A stretch of 63,558 bases of DNA, filler included, from Aduncisulcus paluster (lineage: Eukaryota): assembly GCA_024181965.1 (NCBI GenBank). It is 5 parts of 5 records of this genome, joined end to end, with 100 filler letters (N's around TTAATTAATTAA, not from the genome) between each part and the next. Parts side by side here need not be neighbours in the genome. Positions count along the whole stretch, not along the records: positions 1 to 20,850 come from BQXS01011107.1; positions 20,951 to 38,865 come from BQXS01011108.1; 3 more parts are not named here. One strand, 5' to 3'. Under the pieces are notes generated by a model that saw only the letters and a list, made by a program, of their open reading frames with translations, was not told the origin of the DNA and did not search any database. The position numbers were made by a program, and so were the translations under genes. Of this stretch, positions 11,104 through 23,718 are shown piece after piece (within the stretch, counting starts at the first letter, position 1; the number at the start of each line of letters is the position of its first letter).

Positions 11104-11799
11104 TTATTTCGTCTTTAATGTGGCAATTTGTTTGGAAACACTATCAGGAAGCTTCATTTGACCAGGAGAAGGGCACTTACCGCCCATTTGAAGGAGAGAA
11201 ATACCCTTTTTCAGATAAACGAGGGCCTTTTCAAGTTCAACAATTCGTTCGGCTGGGGATTTCCCAACAGTTTCCTTTATCAATTGCATTCCATAGTCAA
11301 ACGCCTTATTTCCAGTCAGAATTCGTTCTTGATTCTTTTTAGCATCCCTCATCTCCTGCAATTTCTTTTGATATGCCTGTTCTACCATCATTTGGCTTCC
11401 AATCTTTAATCTGGCTTCATATTGTCCACATACAAATTGGTCTTCGATCGTTTTTGCATCGACTGGTACCTCTCCGTATTCAGTAGTCCCAGGAAGAACA
11501 CTATCAATAGCAGGAGCAGAAGGAGCAATATCCATTCCGGAAACTTGATCTGCTAACACTTCAGTCTCAGTGTATGTCTTCATATATCCATGCAATTCTT
11601 TAGATCTGATTGTTATCTCGGCGAGCTGAGGTTGGTCGACGAGATACCCAAACGAGGTTTTTAAACGTTCGGCAATTTGAATAGACTCGTCAAACAAACT
11701 ACCAGCAATCAGAATATTTCCTACTTCATCATATTTTTTTGCTTCATCAACCGATGATTTATATTTCCAGATTTCTAGTTCAAGAGGACTCAAACTCAT
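11104..11799 (-). CDS. Hypothetical 231-aa protein with possible MIT-like helical bundles at both ends
   Basis: ATG-to-TAA ORF; VDEAKKYDEVGN...FDESIQ and KAFDYG...ALVYLKKGISLL resemble MIT-domain helices (inference). Confidence 0.75.
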   Translation of the reverse strand: MSLSPLELEIWKYKSSVDEAKKYDEVGNILIAGSLFDESIQIAERLKTSFGYLVDQPQLAEITIRSKELHGYMKTYTETEVLADQVSGMDIAPSAPAIDSVLPGTTEYGEVPVDAKTIEDQFVCGQYEARLKIGSQMMVEQAYQKKLQEMRDAKKNQERILTGNKAFDYGMQLIKETVGKSPAERIVELEKALVYLKKGISLLQMGGKCPSPGQMKLPDSVSKQIATLKTK

Positions 11800-12080
11800 T
11801 AAATAGACAAATTAATTAATATATATATGATGTGTTAAATATAAAAACGATATTATTCGCCTTTTTGTGTTGCCAAATAACGTTTCAGACACCGTCAGAG
11901 TTACGCAGATTTCATTTTCGCCTCCATTCACAAAAATTTAAAACGGTTGATAAAAATATAATATTTTGAATTTATTTTAAAAGAAAACACTGCCTAAATC
12001 CGATAAAAATAAATTCAGAAAGATTTGAGGGTCGTTGGAGTAATAGAGGTGTAAATATAAAAATAATAATGAGAATAAAC

Positions 12081-13982
12081 CTATCTTTGAATGAGAGATG
12101 GATCAACAGCAATAATTTTAAAAATTCCGAAAGAGAAGACAAAAAACCAAAACAAGAAAAATGTCAGCCTTCTCTTATTTTCTTGAACAGTTTCAAAGGG
12201 TACATAACATATTGTTACCAAAATAATATTTAATATTTGAAATAACGGAAAAATACCAATGATAGCAGAGTACTTCTCCTCCAGGAAGAAAAATGTCCCA
12301 AAACATAAAAGAATGCCGGAAGAAAAAAATCTAATACGAGTATGCAGCATTTCAATCACAAAAACAAGGGGAATCCGTTGCATATCTTTTTTTCTCTTCT
12401 TGGATTTGGAACATTCTGCAGCCATAATTGAAGGATTGAATTTAAATGCCTTTTCTGCCCATCCACAATCATCTCTAGATTCAAATGAACGTGTGAAAGT
12501 ACTTGTTATCGAGGGACACGAGTCAGATCTCCAACTAGATCCAGATTTAGATTTTGAGAAAGAACGAGAATGCTTAGGATTGGAATCAGAAGGGCGAAGT
12601 GGTTCTTCCGTCACCGAGTGATTTCTATCAAGGCTTCTTGGTGAACTCACCATTTCTTTTCTCATCTCTCTTTCCTTCTTTTGCTTCAAAGAAGGAGAAA
12701 TATTAATTTTCCCACCATTCTCGTCTGCACCTTCAGAGGGCGCCAAAGAACAATAATTCAACCCACTATCTTTCTCATTATTATTGCTATTTATAGATTT
12801 GTTCATTGCCATTAAAATAGTATCAGAATGTTGGAAATAAGAATGAACTCGAAGAATGGAGGAGAAGTTCCAAAGAGAAATAATGCAATATGAGCATATT
12901 GTGGAACTAATTAAGAACATGAGACAATTAAAATGGAATTTTGAATGGGATTTGAATGTATTTAGGAACTTTATAGGGAGATGTTGATAACTGTCCTGAA
13001 AAAAGTTAAAAGGATCATCCACGAAGTTCAAGGAAGAAAACGACGGGAAACAAAAAATTTTTAAAGGGAGAGAAGTAAATTGAAAATAAATATATGCTAA
13101 TTCTGAAATCACGCAAAGGAAACCCATCCCAACACATATAGATAAAGAAACAACAGAAAAAATAACAAGAATATTTAATAGAAAAACATATATCAGTTCT
13201 TTAAATAATTTCATTTGTTTTTCAAGCCATCCATAACGAATTTCACAAAAAACGTGGCGAAAGAAAGGAAGGAAGCCAAAACGCCGCAATGAACATTTTT
13301 GGCAACTATTAGCAACAGTATTAACAGTTCGATCTTTGTTTATATGATTTTGAATCGGGAAGATAGGTCCAGATCGAATTGGCCAATAAATATCCATGTG
13401 TGGCGAAGAATTTAAAATACTATGGTTATTTTTCTCATTACACTGAGAAAAGTATGATCCAATATGCTTTAAATCTCCGAGCTTCATTTCATCACACCCA
13501 GATAACGATGTGGAATGATTATCAGAAAATAAGGAATTATTGGGTGAAATGACATCGTAAAATGAGGGTTTTGAAGTTTTTTCATTGAAAGAAAACGAAA
13601 TATAGTTTGGAAAACATTTAGAGTGAATGGTATTATCAAAAAGATGTTTAGAGAACAAAACTAATAAGAATATACCAAAAAAAAGAGTAAAAGAGGTTAT
13701 ATGAATTATTTTAAATGAATAATAACTTGAAAATTCAACAAGCACCTTTGAACGGGACAAGAAAAGGGAATTTCGATTTTCTTTGGAAAAACCGTCGTCT
13801 TGGATATCAGACTCATATCTTACAACTAAACCTATTATTTGACAGAAAAGAGTTAAGGATAATATGGGATATTCGATATAATATGACGATTCCCGCCATT
13901 TCCTAATAATGCTCATTCCATTGCGGCCAGATTCAAAAAAAGAAACATTTTTAAGCATCAAGCTATTAATTCTACTTATCAT
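12081..13982 (-). CDS. Hypothetical multi-pass membrane protein
   Basis: ~1.9-kb ORF (first ATG 13982) with several hydrophobic segments; no family recognised; start uncertain. Confidence 0.6.
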   Translation of the reverse strand: MISRINSLMLKNVSFFESGRNGMSIIRKWRESSYYIEYPILSLTLFCQIIGLVVRYESDIQDDGFSKENRNSLFLSRSKVLVEFSSYYSFKIIHITSFTLFFGIFLLVLFSKHLFDNTIHSKCFPNYISFSFNEKTSKPSFYDVISPNNSLFSDNHSTSLSGCDEMKLGDLKHIGSYFSQCNEKNNHSILNSSPHMDIYWPIRSGPIFPIQNHINKDRTVNTVANSCQKCSLRRFGFLPFFRHVFCEIRYGWLEKQMKLFKELIYVFLLNILVIFSVVSLSICVGMGFLCVISELAYIYFQFTSLPLKIFCFPSFSSLNFVDDPFNFFQDSYQHLPIKFLNTFKSHSKFHFNCLMFLISSTICSYCIISLWNFSSILRVHSYFQHSDTILMAMNKSINSNNNEKDSGLNYCSLAPSEGADENGGKINISPSLKQKKEREMRKEMVSSPRSLDRNHSVTEEPLRPSDSNPKHSRSFSKSKSGSSWRSDSCPSITSTFTRSFESRDDCGWAEKAFKFNPSIMAAECSKSKKRKKDMQRIPLVFVIEMLHTRIRFFSSGILLCFGTFFFLEEKYSAIIGIFPLFQILNIILVTICYVPFETVQENKRRLTFFLFWFFVFSFGIFKIIAVDPSLIQR

Positions 13983-14344
13983 GCCGTTCTTAATATTCTT
14001 CCGAAGTTTTTCTGATTTTGGCAATTCACGGTATCTTTGCAAATATTTAGATTCGATTTTGTGCTAAATTTAATTCCAATATTATTCTTATGTTATTGTT
14101 GTTATCCAAAGCTCTTCCAATCATCGATTTTAGGTGAACTCAAAAAATCATGACAATCTCTTGTCATGAAAAATTTACAGATGATTTATTTTTATGCAAT
14201 TTGTATGATCGAATACAGTAATTACATTGTTTATTTTGTCAGACAATATATTTTTTTCATTACGACGATTGTAGTAGAAGTAATTTTGCACATCCAGGAT
14301 TTAAGTGTTGTTCCGAATTTTATTTACTTATTACGTAAGGATAT

Positions 14345-17300
14345 ATGATAATATTTTTAAATTTAATTTGTATTTTCCTCATATTCATCACTTCTTATGT
14401 CTTTTCGAGGGTAATAATTAATGGAGTGAGCGACATCTGTTTAACTCGTGCTTCAGATATCGTATCCTACATTTGGACCCGTTTAAAACCCAATTACGTT
14501 AAAATAATGTCATTAATCTCAAAGAACAAGGATGAAACTTGTGGACATGATGTCGTTGAAAGAGGTCTTACAAAGCAATATTCCAATATCGATTATGAGA
14601 AATTATTGTCTCTTTTACTTGACTTAGGAGATTCTGAGCTCTTAATGATGGACAATGATATATCACCTGTCTTATTATTCAATATTTTTGCATTGCGACA
14701 ACCAATTTGCATAAATAACAAATATTCATGGACTATAGTTGATGTTGAGATATTGGGAAGACTTATAACAGCGATATATCAAGATAATATTCCTTCATTA
14801 ACATTATTTTCTTCACAGAATAATACATTGCAGTATCACACCAAAATGGCAAAATCCATAGATTTTAAACATTTTCTCGTTGATTTTATATATTCTATTA
14901 TTTTATTTCCACTGAAACTCGTTCAATTGGCCTATCATAAGCTCAAATATTCTCTCATTCAAGACAATCTCTGGAAACAATACCATTTCCATTCCAAATT
15001 AATGTTCAACAATGAGAATAAGGATTCAAATGACATAGAAAAGGTTGATTTGGATAAAGTCGACAATGTTCTTTCTGATCAACAATCCCACCTTTTCCTT
15101 CTCTCAAACGTTCTCTCTGATCGTTCGGAAGGACTATTCAAAGGATTATCTCTTCCATTATTATCCCCAATTTTCATTCCTCGCTATATCGGTTTCACGT
15201 CAAATTATCTCTTTGAATTGTCGTTTGATGAGGAATCGAGATTTTCCCAATCCGTCGAGATCTGTTCTGGGAACTTTTGTTCACAGTTTCAACGTAAACA
15301 TTCCCGTAAACGACAACCATCCATTCTCCGTAGTGTCCCTTTTACATCCAATTTCTATGATTTGATCGGATCTCAAACGTCAGATTCTGATTCCTTTAAT
15401 ACAACTCGTTCACGATTTCTAAGGTATTCATCAAGTCGAAATTTGAATAATGAAGGAAATAATTCCATCATTTTCTCAATGTTGTTGAGTGATCGAAGGA
15501 AAATGGAGAGATTTAATCCGAGTAGTCGATTTAAACAAAACAGAAAATCATCACGGAGTTCTGTTGACCATCGCGAACAATTCAGTGCTTTGAATGAGTA
15601 TAACGATACTACTGAGTTGTCTTTATCCGATCCATCATTTTGTGATGAATATGTGAGAGATCTTGTTCCCCATCGATGGTCCCAAATGCATCGCCGAACT
15701 CTACAATCTAGAAACCTCTCAAGCACACCACGTACAAGGTCCATTAATTGTTTAAAGGACATTAAGAGTTGTGTTCCTAGTATTAACGAAGAGAGAATTC
15801 TGAATTACTTTAACAATTGTAATGGCTCCGCTGAACATGAATCGTTTCCATATCAATTTGTCCAATATTCAAAAATATTCAGCATCAATCGGAGGATAAA
15901 TCCTCAAATATTCCCTTTTCCAACGAAACTTCGAGGGCAAAGACGAAAGAAATTTCCTCCCAATTCAAATTCTCATTGTTCTGAATTTGAAGTTTCTGTT
16001 TCCCACACTCTCCTTAACAAACAAGTCCAAGCAGCAATTGGAGAGAGATTATGTTGCAGAATTTTGTATCATCATCTGATAAATGATTCAATTTCTTTAA
16101 TTTCTTGGCACAATAGGCCTCATTTTGTTGTCAGTTTTCTTCATTTTTTGTCATGTCCGGCTAGCTGGATTAATTATGACTCCATTCTCTCCTCTATGAA
16201 GAATATTGCTAAATTCTTGGTATATTTTCAAAACAAGAATCAGATTCGAACTAAAGGATTTAGACTCATCTCTCGTACGATTTTCAATGATATTTTTGAT
16301 TCTCACTTTGAAACTATTCTCTCCTCTTTCTTTAAATTTATCACAGAAATGAACCCTAACGAGCCATTAAACATGTCAGAAATCATGAATACTCATTGTA
16401 ATAATAATCATATGTATGAATCTATGCCCATGAGTTCAGCAAAACGATTGTCTATCAACAATAGTATAGTACAGTATAGCTATACTTCAAGAAAGATTGT
16501 TATTCCTAAAGATTATATTCTCTCAAAGATATCTTTTGACCGATCGGTGGTCTCTCATCCCACTCTGCTATTCTTGAACAATCAACCAAATCGAAAGACA
16601 CCAGGACAAGAATTTGTTAAAGAAAGGGGTGGAATTAAATCAACCATACAGATGTGGAAGAGTCAATTCCCAAAGAAAACACATCTCCAAGCTTCAGATC
16701 CATCAGTCGTCACTTCATTGATCAAACAATGCACTTTTAAGTTAATCAAAAAACATCCAAGGAGTATGAATTCTCCAAATGTTGATTGCTCATTTCCCCA
16801 GTATTTGTCATCTTCTCGGATTTCCTCTCTTCCATTGAAATTACTACCCATAATTAAACCCACTATTTTCCAAAGATATTTTGAACCCGTACATCCCTCA
16901 ACACAATGTGGATCAAGAAGGCCAGGAAATAGTAGTTCTTCTTCATCATCTGGAGTTGTTATACCTCGATTAGAGATCAATAATCTTATTAATCCCTCAC
17001 ATTTTGGAGAAAGAAAGATGTCAATCGATGTAATTCAGGAAGAAAATGAAGATGTGTCCAGTTTTCGAGTTCGTAATGATTCTTGCAATCGTAGCAATAC
17101 CAATACAGCCAAAACAACAACTTCATATCCATCCAGTAGCTGTTCTTGTTTACCCCTACAGAAGGATGTGAATAATGGGCACAGTTCTCTGCTTGATATT
17201 GAAATATCAAAATGTCAGGAAAGCGATATTCCAGACGATGAAGAAGAAGAGACCATTTCTCATATATTCAATTTCGAAAATCACCGATCATCTGTATTTT

Positions 17301-20300
17301 CTAGTCCAATAGTATCTTCCCCCTTTTCAAACCCATTTCTTGTATCTTCATGCGTCTCTGATAAAATGAAATATCGTGTGAAACTCTGGAAACACCTTGA
17401 AAGATTTCATTTAAGTCTTTCTTCTACTCCCCGCTCCATTCCTTTATGGAAACAGAAGCTATCAAAGCTATGGTCAGATTGCATTGAAATATATCAGCGA
17501 GTTCTTGATGATCGAACATCCATTTTCAATCAATTGGCAAATTTTTCATCCATGTTGAAATCTAGTCAACAAAATGAAAGTAGTCAAAGTTTGTACGATA
17601 CATTTCATATCGACAAACTCCTCTCGGATTTGTACAATACTCAACATCTAACCTTGATGTGTTTTCAAAACATGAAAAAGCTGGGAACATATCAGGATCG
17701 AGTGGATGTTCTTGTGTTAATCGGTTCATTTGTTCTGAATATTCTCCTTGATAATGTTTCTGCTCAGCATTGGTTTCAGGAGGCATCTTTGCAATTATCT
17801 GAGGATAAGCAGCTATTTCTGAAGCTTTCTGTCGATGAACTCAGTCGAGTCTTGAGAACTAAACACATTGAATGTGACCGCCTTGACAAACGGATCCAAA
17901 AGCTTGAAAAGATGAACATAAGCTTGATGTGTTCTTTGGATTCATATAAACATAATCAATCTGTTGACAAAGCAAAAGAATATAATCAAGATCCCATCCA
18001 AATTCATCAATCAGAAAAGAACCATTTATTGTATTCTCCCAGAATACCTTCGCTTGTAAATCACTTTCTCTCTGCATATTCAAAGATACTTAAATTCCCA
18101 GAAGATCCTCAAATGGATGTTTCCGGCGTTATTCCCCCTCTTGATGTTCCAGAGATGATTCCAAGTATCAAAGAGAGTCGTCGTGAAGCCATGTTAGATA
18201 GAACATTGTCACATTCATCTTCATGCTGTCCAACGTATGAAGGATCCTCATCCATTGATGGTTTAAATTTTACAGACAAATCATCTCATTCCATTCCTCA
18301 TAGTTCAAGACATACCTCGTCTTCTGACCTATCTTCATGGATGGAATATCATGCTGACACGGCTGTATATTATTTATATCCAATGTATATCCCTTTTTTT
18401 TCTATCGGTATAAATTCATCTTCTCACGATTCGAATGAAAATAATTGTGATAACAATCCACATCAATTTCCACTTGATCTTCCACAAGAATTGAAAACAA
18501 TTTTTACACTCAAATCATTACAAACAATTGAATCTTTGAATTACAAAACACCTCTTATATATAAAATTCCATCAAAGTTGGTATTATTTGATGATTTTAA
18601 CATGAATATTCCTGATAAAATCCAGAATAGATTTTCTAATCATCATCATATTTGTACTTCAAAACCTCTTGTTATCAAAAAGATAAAGTACCGCCTATCT
18701 ATTTGGATTAAGCTATTTCTATTCCAATTCATTATTTTATCGTGTTGTATATTCTTGAAATGTCGCCATTTGTTATCATCTCATCATATCTCCCATGTGT
18801 TTCATCAAATTGAAGAATATTTTGCGGTAATTGGAATGATTCTCTCATTTTGCTGCTTTTTTGTGATAAATTCAACCACATCGCAGATTTTCAATATTGA
18901 AGATACCATTCATAATCAATGTTGGGATGAATCTTTAAAGGATAAAAGTCAAAAAACCAATATGGGAACACCTTTGAAGGTATTTTTGAGTGAATATGAA
19001 TTAATTCCACAAATATGTCATTATGAAGAACGAATAGTTGCTTTATTTGGTGAAATTGCCATATTTACAAACAATGAATTTAATATCGAAAATTATTCAA
19101 TTTTTTCGGATGATATTGGTACCTTTTGTGATTTTCCAATCCCAAATACTTCGAGAGAGCCTCCTTCTCTTCCTCTCGAACCTCTTTGGCCTTTCAACCT
19201 TTCTTCAAATGGATATAGATATTCTGAGATGGGGATAATACAAGAATCTAGTAGGATATTTCATGATCGAAATAATTCAAGGGATTCAAAACTTTTGAAT
19301 CATTGGTCTTATTTATATTCACAAGCACAAATAACTGATCCAAATAATGTCAAACATCCATTCCTATCACTCCATGGGAACATTGTGCATAATTTGATGG
19401 AATATTTGATAAATATTGATAAAATATGTCGTCAATTAGAGCATATTCTGGATAGATATTATTTCCAAGATATTGATATAGATAATCTCGATGGATTTTA
19501 TGAGGATCTTGCCGATTTATCAAAATTAAGAACACATATGAAAGATTCTTCCGTTAATATTCTGAATAATCTTCAGTCTATGACAATTTTCCCTTCCTTT
19601 GAGTGGTCTTTCCTTCATCAATTTTCAGAGTATTCCCTCCCATTGTTTCTTATAATTGGAATTACCAATATTATTGTTTTGGTTCTTGTCGTTTTGATTC
19701 CATTCTACAGGTTAATTTGCCAACAAAGTGCAATTTTGCAATTATTGGGGCAAATTCCTTCATTCGAGTGGAAATCTATATCAAAAGCATATTCGTCCAT
19801 TGATTTGACTTCTTTAATGAAATTATTTGAGAATGGGAATACAAACTCTATATTTTTTCAATCTAAAGCGATGGAAACTCTCGTATTTCTAATGTTGCAA
19901 TCGAAACAGTTGAATTTAAACATGAACAATATATTAACCCGGAAAAAGCAAATACTTCTTGAGTTACAGAGAAAACACACTCATTTACAGAAAGAATTAG
20001 ATTCTTATGTCCGAATTATTGGGAAACGTTGCCAATCATCCCATATTATCGAAGAAATACCAGACAGTCAGAATTCAATGGGTTGTTTTGAAAGCACATC
20101 AAAATATACCATGCCTGAAACAGAACGGATATCCGTTGAAACCGAAAGACTCTCTGTTAAGACAGATAGAACACATTTGATTCCAAAAGATGGAATTTCT
20201 CCAAGAGATACTTCTTCAAGCACGGATTCTTCATCACTTGACTCCAATTCTGATGAAAATCGGGATATTTATCAGTCGATAGAGCATTTAAATGAGTGTT

Positions 20301-20850
20301 CTCCAAGAAAAGATGCACCTTCGGGGTTATTTTCCCCTTGGAATTCTGGAGAATGTATTTCATCGATTACATATATTGAAAAATCAGATTCTGATTCTTC
20401 TCTCAGTGAATGTCAGTTTTCGCACCAACTTAACCAAAGTAGATCGGCACCTCTCACTCCAAGCTCCAGTCCGAGTCCCGTATCTTCATCAAGGTTTCCT
20501 TCAGCACAAATACCAATCATTTGCATTGATAATGAGCTAGCTACAACAGCTGTTTCAAAAAAATCAACGGAAAATATCCGGATGTTCTTTGAAGAAATTG
20601 ATATATCTATGAACGAAGAAGAGACAACTCATTCCTCAATCCTGAACACATCTTCCACAACTGTCAAAGATGATAACCCTTCTGCTCTTTCTGAAAATAG
20701 CTATATTGAAGATTCCGAGGACTCATATGAGCATGTCTATCATTTCACCCATTCCAAAGAATTTCCCTGGGAGAAGGAAGATGATATCGAATTTACAAAT
20801 AGATCGTTCTCCGTTCCACATCCTAAAACGGATCTCCCGGAGAAAATTCG
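14345..20850 (+). CDS. Large hypothetical membrane protein, possibly a divergent TmcB-like paralog (3'-partial)
   Basis: 6.5-kb ORF running into the linker; TM segments late in the protein; VDVLVLIGSFVLNILLDNVSAQHWFQEA parallels the RAYSEFILDI segment of the 43867-49798 protein. Confidence 0.7.
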
Positions 20851-20950
20851 NNNNNNNNNNNNNNNNNNNNNNNNNNNNNNNNNNNNNNNNNNNNTTAATT
20901 AATTAANNNNNNNNNNNNNNNNNNNNNNNNNNNNNNNNNNNNNNNNNNNN
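20851..20950. other. Artificial contig linker
   Basis: N44-TTAATTAATTAA-N44 (stops in all six frames), identical at four sites. Confidence 0.98.
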
Positions 20951-23364
20951 TTCCCGTTGAGATAATCCTTAAGACGGGTCAGGTACAAAGTCTCACAGCA
21001 ATGTAGAACAACCTCGTCAATGTCCTGTTGGAGACACATCTGACAGAGAGCATTCACAAGACTATACTTCATTGGATTGGCAAAGGATGAAATGTCTACA
21101 TGTTGTGCTCCCCTACGTTTTCCACTGCCAGTAGAATCCTCATAGACACGACTAACGACTGCTCTTACAATACTTGTTGACAGAGCCATCATACGTTGGA
21201 GAGGTGACAGACAGAGAGAATAGGCAACTGACGCATCACAATCATTGGGAAGCTGTGAAATGTACTGACGAAGGATATCTGTGTAGGTAGAGTGTGCAAG
21301 AAGCTTGAACTTACCTGATCCGGGTTGAGATCCGTTCATATAGAACTCATAAAAGGCATTCTCATTGGAAAGACATTCCTCTTCTGCCTCGGAACCTTCT
21401 CTTTTGTTCGTATAAACCCCATATCCAGCGCAGCCAACACCAGAGCTGGCGGAAGGAGGGAGAGAGGGAGAAGGGAAGATGGCACCAGAGGGAGAACTAG
21501 AGCCCCGAGAGAGTAAATAGCCTCCAATCTCTGCGGGCATTCCACACACTCCTCTTGTCAAATTTATACCAATACAAAGATGTGCAGCGTCAATGATAGC
21601 ACCCGACGTGGTCAACACTTTCATGGCCATGTCAAAGCACAGGGAGAGAGCAAGCGCAAGCGGGTAGGATTCACCGAAATGCTCACTTCCGTACTCAGTG
21701 ATTTCTGAGCGCAAGTGAGAGAGAGAGCAAGGGTGAGAATTCGAAGGAAGGTTAAATGTTGAAGTCTGACCGTCAATGTATTGCGAGAGGTAAGAACAGA
21801 ATGTTCCATGAATTTCTGAGCTGAAACACATGGTAAGCCAAATATAATCCTCCATAGTCGAGCACACAGTGGCGCTGACATCATCTTTATCGGACAGGGC
21901 AAGACAATTGATCACCATTCGTTCATATTCGCCCATAGTCTCACTAGAGTTGTTGTATAACAAATTGAGAGCACCTCTGGTCTTGCCAGTGACACCACAC
22001 ACACCGACATTCCTGATATGGTCCTCTACTGTAATAGTCCACTCTTCAAGGGCTTGGAAGACCTCATAGGGGATGATATCGGGGTAATGATCCTTGATCT
22101 CTCCAAGAATCACCCGCATTTCATTGCGACACCCTCCACGGAGAAGATAGAATATGAGAACATACACATCGACACTCACATCATTGATAACAATACTCGA
22201 TGCGTGGATGGATGACATGGAGGAGCTTGAGAAAGAAGAGGCCAAGGATGAACCCATGCTCTGTCCAGATGAACCTCCATTCTCTTTGATGCGGTGCTCA
22301 GTGATGTAGGATATCATGCTCTTGAGAAGATCAGTCTCCCCGCGTCCATGGCAGACACACTTAACCCAGTGATCCTCGAGCCAAGCAAGAGTCCTGATAC
22401 CATACATTCCCATCCTGAGGGAAAGGGAGGAATGTGGGTGGGGATTCAAGGCAAGGAGAGGAGTTCCCTTCATCACAAAATTCTCTCCAGATAGGTATGT
22501 GGAAAGGGACCACAGATCGGCCACGATGGATGAGGTTGAGGGAGAAGGTGAGCGAAGCTGGTGGAGGAAGGAGAGGGCAGGGAAGGGAGGAAGGGATGGG
22601 GGGAGTTCTTTGGGATAAGAAAAGTCTGGACCAAGGTCGTGAAGTTCTAAGCCACCACTTGGCCTTGTTGATTTTGACCGTTGTTTCTCTTCTTCGCCTT
22701 CTTGAATCCTTTTTGCGAATGGTCGGATAATGTCTTCGTGTTTCTTAATACTTTCATTATATTTTGTGCAATTGGCTGAAAATCTATTGTAAGATTCATG
22801 TTGAGAGAAATGAGAGGAGAACAATTTATCGACCTTTGGATGATATTTCGAATTCAACGCGGCAACTCCTTCGGCTAACTGAGCTTGAGCTGGTGATAAA
22901 TTGTCTTGAACCTTCTGTTTATCCCTGTATGCAGCAGATTCACGATGTTGTTGGACAATTGTCGAAGCAAGAGTCGATTTCATTGCAAGTTTTGGAACAG
23001 TGGATATTCTCTGATATAAATCATGTTGAATGGCCTGAGCTGTAAGACTCAAACCATTTAACATAATTTCTGAAGTGACTTTATCATGCAAATCTCCAAG
23101 ATAGTCATCAAGGGAGCAAGACATGGAAGGTTGAGATGGAGCAAGAGAAGAAAGGGGTTTTTCGGGCTCAAATGATCTCTGATGAAGTAATTTTCTTCTA
23201 ATTTCCAATATACCTCCCTCCAATTTGGTGGGATTCTTCAAATGAGCAAGGCTAGCTCTTTTGAGTGACTCATCAACGTGATCGAAGGTATCATCGTGGG
23301 AATATTGATGCTCAGCTCCAACGGAAGCTAATAATGCCTTGGATTTAGAAACAATACCCTTCAT
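20951..23364 (-). CDS. NUP93: Nucleoporin Nup93/Nic96 (3'-partial)
   Basis: VLIFYLLRGG, YERMVINCL, STMEDYIWL, IDAAHLCI match the Nic96/Nup93 motifs (WALIYYLLRCG, DPYKRAVY, TIEDYLW, VDAVHxAI) in order. Confidence 0.8.
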
Positions 23365-23718
23365 CAGAAAAAAAAAGAGATTCCATTTGATAAAATTAAT
23401 CTCTTTAATTTGGCATGAAAAACAATAAAAAGTGAGATTTATTTATTCTTTATGCACGATAAGTTTTATTTTTAACTCACATCGTTATAATGCATCAGTA
23501 AAGCTCTGCCTAGATTTGGATTTTCCATATATTTTTATTTTAAAATTATATGATCAATTCAAATGCCAAAATTTTAACAATCTTAGAAGAAAAAGTGAAA
23601 ATGGAGGACAAAATTTAATATTATTAATTCTCCATTCTCTGGAAAAAGAATCAACACTAACGGTTGAGTTTTGATCGCCATAAAAGGATATCTATCTCAA
23701 TCATTGCTTTTTTCTTGG

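Noticed and set aside
14150..14344. In-frame upstream extension through two TAA codons, suggesting the hexamitid TAR=Gln code
   Set aside because: Conserved genes here (beta-tubulin, RPL44, ferredoxin, ENT) end at TAA/TAG at the expected positions, and long ORFs use CAA/CAG for Gln.
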